From a virus, in the IMG/VR virus record IMGVR_UViG_2921665137_000001, positions 1 to 64,000 of that record: DNA of 64,000 bases. The stretch is one strand, 5' to 3'. Under the pieces are notes generated by a model. That model ran no database searches and was not told the origin of the DNA. It saw nothing but the letters and a program-made list of their open reading frames with translations. A program made the translations under genes and the position numbers. Shown piece by piece: positions 60,636 through 64,000 of this stretch. How positions within the stretch are numbered: position 1 is the stretch's first letter; each line of letters begins with the position of its first letter.

Positions 60636-62597
60636 ATGAAACGATGGACTAAAGCGGTGGCAGCCGCGTTTCTGATGACCGCGAGTGCGGCCTATGCGGT
60701 GAATGCCAACTACACCACCGATTGGATTGGCAACACCTACGGGACCAGCGCCACTCACGTGCAGAACGCTTCCCGGTCATTGTGGGTCGACCCAGGGAAA
60801 ACCGGCGTGTTCTACACCGCTTCGATGTGGGATGAAAACGGTAGCGGCATCGAGCAGTACACCAGTGGGCACGTGACGCAAGGCATCGGCGCGCACGGTG
60901 AAGCCCAGGGCGACACACTGACCGCCAATGGCACGGATATCTGGTCTCCTCGTCAGTTCGGCCGGCCCTGTCCTACCTGCTCGTTCACCAGTGGTCTGGT
61001 CTTTGACTACGACCGCACAAGCGGCAACGCGAAGAGCTATTTGCAGGTGTCGTGCGACACGACCGAACGCAAGTCGGATGTAATCAAGGGCATCGCGACA
61101 TGGGGTAACGTCTGGGCGGCGAGCGACAACAACTCCGTATGCCAGCGAGTGCGCCTGTACAGCACCGCGAACGCCTGGATTCGCGACATTCCCGCAACTG
61201 ATCCGGGCGCGATTGCGTTTGACCGCAACGGCAACTTACTAGTCGCGCAGGAAGCCGAAGGCGCGGTACTGCAGATCAGTCAGGCCGGCACGACGATCCT
61301 GCACACGCTCACGCTGCCTGCTGGCGAAGTTCCTCACTCCCTCTACTTCGACCCAACCACGCAATACCTCTGGATTGGGGATGCAGGTCCGGACGAGAAC
61401 GTCAAGATTTATGACACTCGCACCTTCACGCTGGTTAGTACGTTCGGGACACCGGGCGGCTATCTCGACACGACGACAGGCACGAAGGGCCAGACGGGCA
61501 GTCTGCGCTTTGCGCGTATCGATGGCATCGGCAAGGACGCATCCGGCAACATCTATATCCTCTCGCAACCGTGGGGCGCGGCCTGGGATAACGGCCGCAC
61601 CGGGACGAACCTGTACGCCTACTCGCCTACCGGCACGCTGCTCTATAACCTACAGGGCCTGAACTTCGAAGGTATCGGCTCACCGGACCCGGCAACCGAC
61701 GCGCAGAAGTTCTACAGTGGTTACCACATTTTCTCATGTGCCGCTTACCCCTGTTCCGGTGGGAACTACGTTGCCAGCACGGTCGATCCTTTCGACTACC
61801 CCGGTGACCTGAGGCTCGTCACCGATCCCGCGGTGTATGCGGGGCGTGGCCTGGACTTTGGCATGGTCTACGACAACGGCGTAAATCAGATCCTTCTGGC
61901 GACTGATCAGGACCCCGACAACTTCGCCCTCTATCACTTCAATGCAGCGAACGGGGACATTGCGATCCCGCAAGGCTGGATTACGAATGTGCTGGGCATG
62001 GCCTCGACGCACATCCGTAAGGGTTTTGCGCTTGATGACCAGGGCGGCGTATGGGCAAGCGAGGACAAGGGCGCATGTTCTGCGGCTATCTGCTACTGGC
62101 CTTTGACCGGCTTCGCGTCTGATGGAACACCCCAGTGGGGGACGATGCAGTCCTGGCCGATTCCGGCGACGATCGGCACGCTCGGCCGCGTGATCTATCT
62201 GCCGGCAACGGACACGCTGATCCTCGCGAACATCATCGGCACGGACTGGACGTCGATCGGGACTCGAGTTGAGGTCTATCACGGCTGGGTTGCAGGCAAC
62301 CAGACCAACCCGGTTGTCATCAACCTGACGAGCACCAACCCGAAGTCGATCGCAGCCGCAGGCAACTATCTGTTCGTCGGCTACGTCCACACCGTGCCGA
62401 ATGTCGATGCGTTCAACCTGACGACCGGCACCCTGGACAACACGTTCATCAACAGCAATCCGAACAATGTCTATGTCGGCAACGACGTCGATTCGATGTA
62501 CGGGATACGCGCAGTGTTGCGGTCGAACGGCGAGTACGTCGTCACCAAGGATGATTACAACGGGACGAGCATCGTCGTCTACCGCTGGACGCCGTAA
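60636..62597 (+). CDS. Secreted β-propeller (NHL/SMP-30-like repeat) protein, prophage cargo
   Basis: Signal peptide MKRWTKAVAAAFLMTASAAYA. Repeated blade-like motifs (AFDRNGNLLVA, DASGNIYI). Confidence 0.65.
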   Translation: MKRWTKAVAAAFLMTASAAYAVNANYTTDWIGNTYGTSATHVQNASRSLWVDPGKTGVFYTASMWDENGSGIEQYTSGHVTQGIGAHGEAQGDTLTANGTDIWSPRQFGRPCPTCSFTSGLVFDYDRTSGNAKSYLQVSCDTTERKSDVIKGIATWGNVWAASDNNSVCQRVRLYSTANAWIRDIPATDPGAIAFDRNGNLLVAQEAEGAVLQISQAGTTILHTLTLPAGEVPHSLYFDPTTQYLWIGDAGPDENVKIYDTRTFTLVSTFGTPGGYLDTTTGTKGQTGSLRFARIDGIGKDASGNIYILSQPWGAAWDNGRTGTNLYAYSPTGTLLYNLQGLNFEGIGSPDPATDAQKFYSGYHIFSCAAYPCSGGNYVASTVDPFDYPGDLRLVTDPAVYAGRGLDFGMVYDNGVNQILLATDQDPDNFALYHFNAANGDIAIPQGWITNVLGMASTHIRKGFALDDQGGVWASEDKGACSAAICYWPLTGFASDGTPQWGTMQSWPIPATIGTLGRVIYLPATDTLILANIIGTDWTSIGTRVEVYHGWVAGNQTNPVVINLTSTNPKSIAAAGNYLFVGYVHTVPNVDAFNLTTGTLDNTFINSNPNNVYVGNDVDSMYGIRAVLRSNGEYVVTKDDYNGTSIVVYRWTP

Positions 62598-62658
62598 CTG
62601 CACCCCAGCCCTCCTGCCTACCTAACCCGGCCACAGCCGGATTTTTGCATTCTGAGCC

Positions 62659-63165
62659 ATGACAAACGTTACCGAAGTTCATGAAGAGAAGTTGACGATT
62701 TCCGTTGATGTGGAAATACCGGGCCATGAAGCACGCACGGAAACGTCGCTGTTCCGCCACACCAAAGCGCAATTGCTCGCGCGTGAGGAGCATCGGTGCT
62801 GGACCTGCGGACGCAATCCCGAAGAGACCGGCAAGCCTGCGCAAGTTCATCACCGGCCCGTAGAGCGCTCGCTGGCAACGGGAATCGATTTCAAGCTGGT
62901 CCAGCGAGATTGCGAAGCTGGCATGTATGGCCCGGACGCACAGGCGTTTGACTGGGCTGCGTTCTGGTCGCACGGCGACGTCTATGCCTTCGTCGACAAC
63001 GCATTGGTGAATGGTCGCGTTCTGTGCCCGGATCATCACATCGCAAAGGGGACGGGGATTCACATGCTTCCTGAGCCCCTGCACCTGGCCCAACGGTATA
63101 TGAAGGCCGGCTATCAATTCACCCCGACAGAAGTCATCTGTCACGCAGAAACGGAGCAACCATGA
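62659..63165 (+). CDS. HNH-motif nuclease-domain protein
   Basis: CWTCGR ... QVHHRPV ... NGRVLCPDHHIAKG matches the HNH ββα-Me layout (C-x2-C, HH, N, C-x2-HH-x2-K). Confidence 0.5.
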   Translation: MTNVTEVHEEKLTISVDVEIPGHEARTETSLFRHTKAQLLAREEHRCWTCGRNPEETGKPAQVHHRPVERSLATGIDFKLVQRDCEAGMYGPDAQAFDWAAFWSHGDVYAFVDNALVNGRVLCPDHHIAKGTGIHMLPEPLHLAQRYMKAGYQFTPTEVICHAETEQP

Positions 63166-63371
63166 ACAGTACATCCCCCGTCACTACCGGCGCGGTCGGC
63201 GCAGTAACCGGCGCAGTCGTCACGCTGATCGCGGCACTCGTCAAGCATTACAACATCGATCTATCCGCTGACGCACAGGTTTCGCTCGCTGTCGGCGTTG
63301 TCGCTTCGGCTCACTGGGTCGGGCAGCAGATCGCTGCGCGCACCGCCAAACCCGCCACGCCCACCCCATGA
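63162..63371 (+). CDS. Small membrane protein (69 aa)
   Basis: TGAVGAVTGAVVTLIAALV transmembrane helix. ATGA-coupled. Confidence 0.4.
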   Translation: MNSTSPVTTGAVGAVTGAVVTLIAALVKHYNIDLSADAQVSLAVGVVASAHWVGQQIAARTAKPATPTP

Positions 63372-63685
63372 TCCGCCTCGCGCTGGCCCTGCTCGTCTGT
63401 TCGCTGGCTGGGTGCGCTGGACAGGCGGCCTACAGCGTGAAGCCCTTCTATAGCCCCGACCTGAAGAAGATGGTCTGTTGCGAAGCGGTTGTTTCGTCCT
63501 CGCGCGACATTGCTACCGTCACGGTCGACGCCGTGAAAACCGGCGATGACTATCAGATCCACTTCAGCGAATCGGGTGTGAGTTCGTCTGCGCCTATCTC
63601 GGCCAATACCGCTGCCGTTTCCGCAGTGGCCGGTGCCGTCACCTCTGCCGCCAACGCCGCAGTCAAGTTCTCTATCAAGCCCTGA
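63368..63685 (+). CDS. Lipoprotein (105 aa)
   Basis: Lipobox LAGC within MIRLALALLVCSLAGC. ATGA-coupled to the membrane protein, a possible spanin-like pair. Confidence 0.5.
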   Translation: MIRLALALLVCSLAGCAGQAAYSVKPFYSPDLKKMVCCEAVVSSSRDIATVTVDAVKTGDDYQIHFSESGVSSSAPISANTAAVSAVAGAVTSAANAAVKFSIKP

Positions 63686-63694
63686 AGGATTTCC

Positions 63695-64000
63695 ATGAAA
63701 GCGCTTTTCATCGCGGCTACGGCCGCTATTTGCGTTGCTTTTGCTGGCTGCGCCTCGACTGTGCCGGCCACGAATCAGACGCCCACCCAAATCCTCGCTG
63801 TCGTCCATACCGACGTCTCCAAGGCTTGCATTGTCGCCCAAGGCTCCATGGCCTCCGTCGTCGCCATGCAATCGCAACTGCCCGCAGACCAGCAAGACGT
63901 GATTGGCCAGGTCGACAAAGGCCTGAACGACTTCTGCGCCCTTCACGATTCGGTCTCCATTGCAAGCGTGACCGACTTCACGAAGACGGCCATCCCGGCA
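63695..64000 (+). CDS. Lipoprotein, truncated at the 3' end of the window
   Basis: GAAGGA ribosome-binding site. MKALFIAATAAICVAFAGC lipobox. The ORF is open to the window end. Confidence 0.45.
   Translation, partial: MKALFIAATAAICVAFAGCASTVPATNQTPTQILAVVHTDVSKACIVAQGSMASVVAMQSQLPADQQDVIGQVDKGLNDFCALHDSVSIASVTDFTKTAIPA

Noticed and set aside
63311-63946. 211-aa minus-strand ORF
   Set aside because: Antisense to three coupled small membrane/lipoprotein genes. Gly/Arg/Asp-rich.

Overview
The window looks like one nearly complete temperate prophage (mobile element) from a high-GC proteobacterial host (about 62% GC, Burkholderia-like codon usage). The left half has a lambda-like layout and the right half a Mu/P2-like contractile-tail layout. 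No rRNA genes or CRISPR arrays are present.

Gene order, left to right:
- 1..1092: tyrosine integrase on the + strand.
- 1071..13800: a long leftward early operon on the - strand. It holds a PrtN-like regulator; an RtcB RNA ligase operon with two translationally coupled small genes; an SPFH/band-7 membrane protein; a recombination module (DEDD 3'-5' exonuclease, Sak4-like AAA ATPase, DUF1351-like coiled-coil protein); and many small Cys-rich genes. A 790-nt stretch in the middle of this operon has no ORF on the transcribed strand.
- 13921..16106: immunity region with a CI-like repressor that lacks a peptidase domain, a Cro-like protein, a CII-like activator and a Rha/KilAC antirepressor. Operator half-sites are visible in the cI–cro intergenic region.
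- 16974..19468: replication module, an O-like initiator with iterons inside the gene followed by a T7 gp4-like primase-helicase.
- 19465..28869: a nin-like region with NinG/Rap, two paralogous papain-fold (C39-like) proteins and an HNH homing endonuclease of lower GC.
- 28938..29010: a tRNA-like element just upstream of the packaging genes.
- 29344..40473: terminase small and large subunits, portal, a four-gene insertion (an SGNH esterase flanked by two small β-rich ORFs, plus an embedded antisense ORF), Mu F-like head morphogenesis protein, a NUDIX–DUF2213 fusion, a repeat-rich decoration-like protein and the major capsid protein.
- 40582..56831: myovirus tail. It includes a sheath-like protein, a GIY-YIG homing endonuclease, a tube protein, a tail chaperone with a T7-run -1 frameshift, a tape measure with a lysozyme-like C-terminal domain, Mu gp44–48-like baseplate genes, a tail fibre and its assembly protein.
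- 56897..59215: a minus-strand cargo island with an HTH regulator, two SGNH-like lipoproteins and a small gene.
- 59375..60560: lysis genes, a holin-like protein and a GH19 endolysin.
- 60636..64000: cargo, namely a secreted β-propeller protein, an HNH-motif protein, a membrane protein and lipoproteins.

The observations most worth follow-up are:
- a NUDIX hydrolase fused to a head-assembly (DUF2213) protein;
- a phage RtcB operon next to int;
- a novel 56–60-aa Thr/Gly-rich repeat domain inserted into five different virion proteins;
- the ORF-free 790-nt region, which may encode a structured RNA;
- the tRNA-Trp-like element upstream of the terminase;
- the two papain-fold paralogs;
- the lipoprotein SGNH pair, one copy of which has no canonical start codon.
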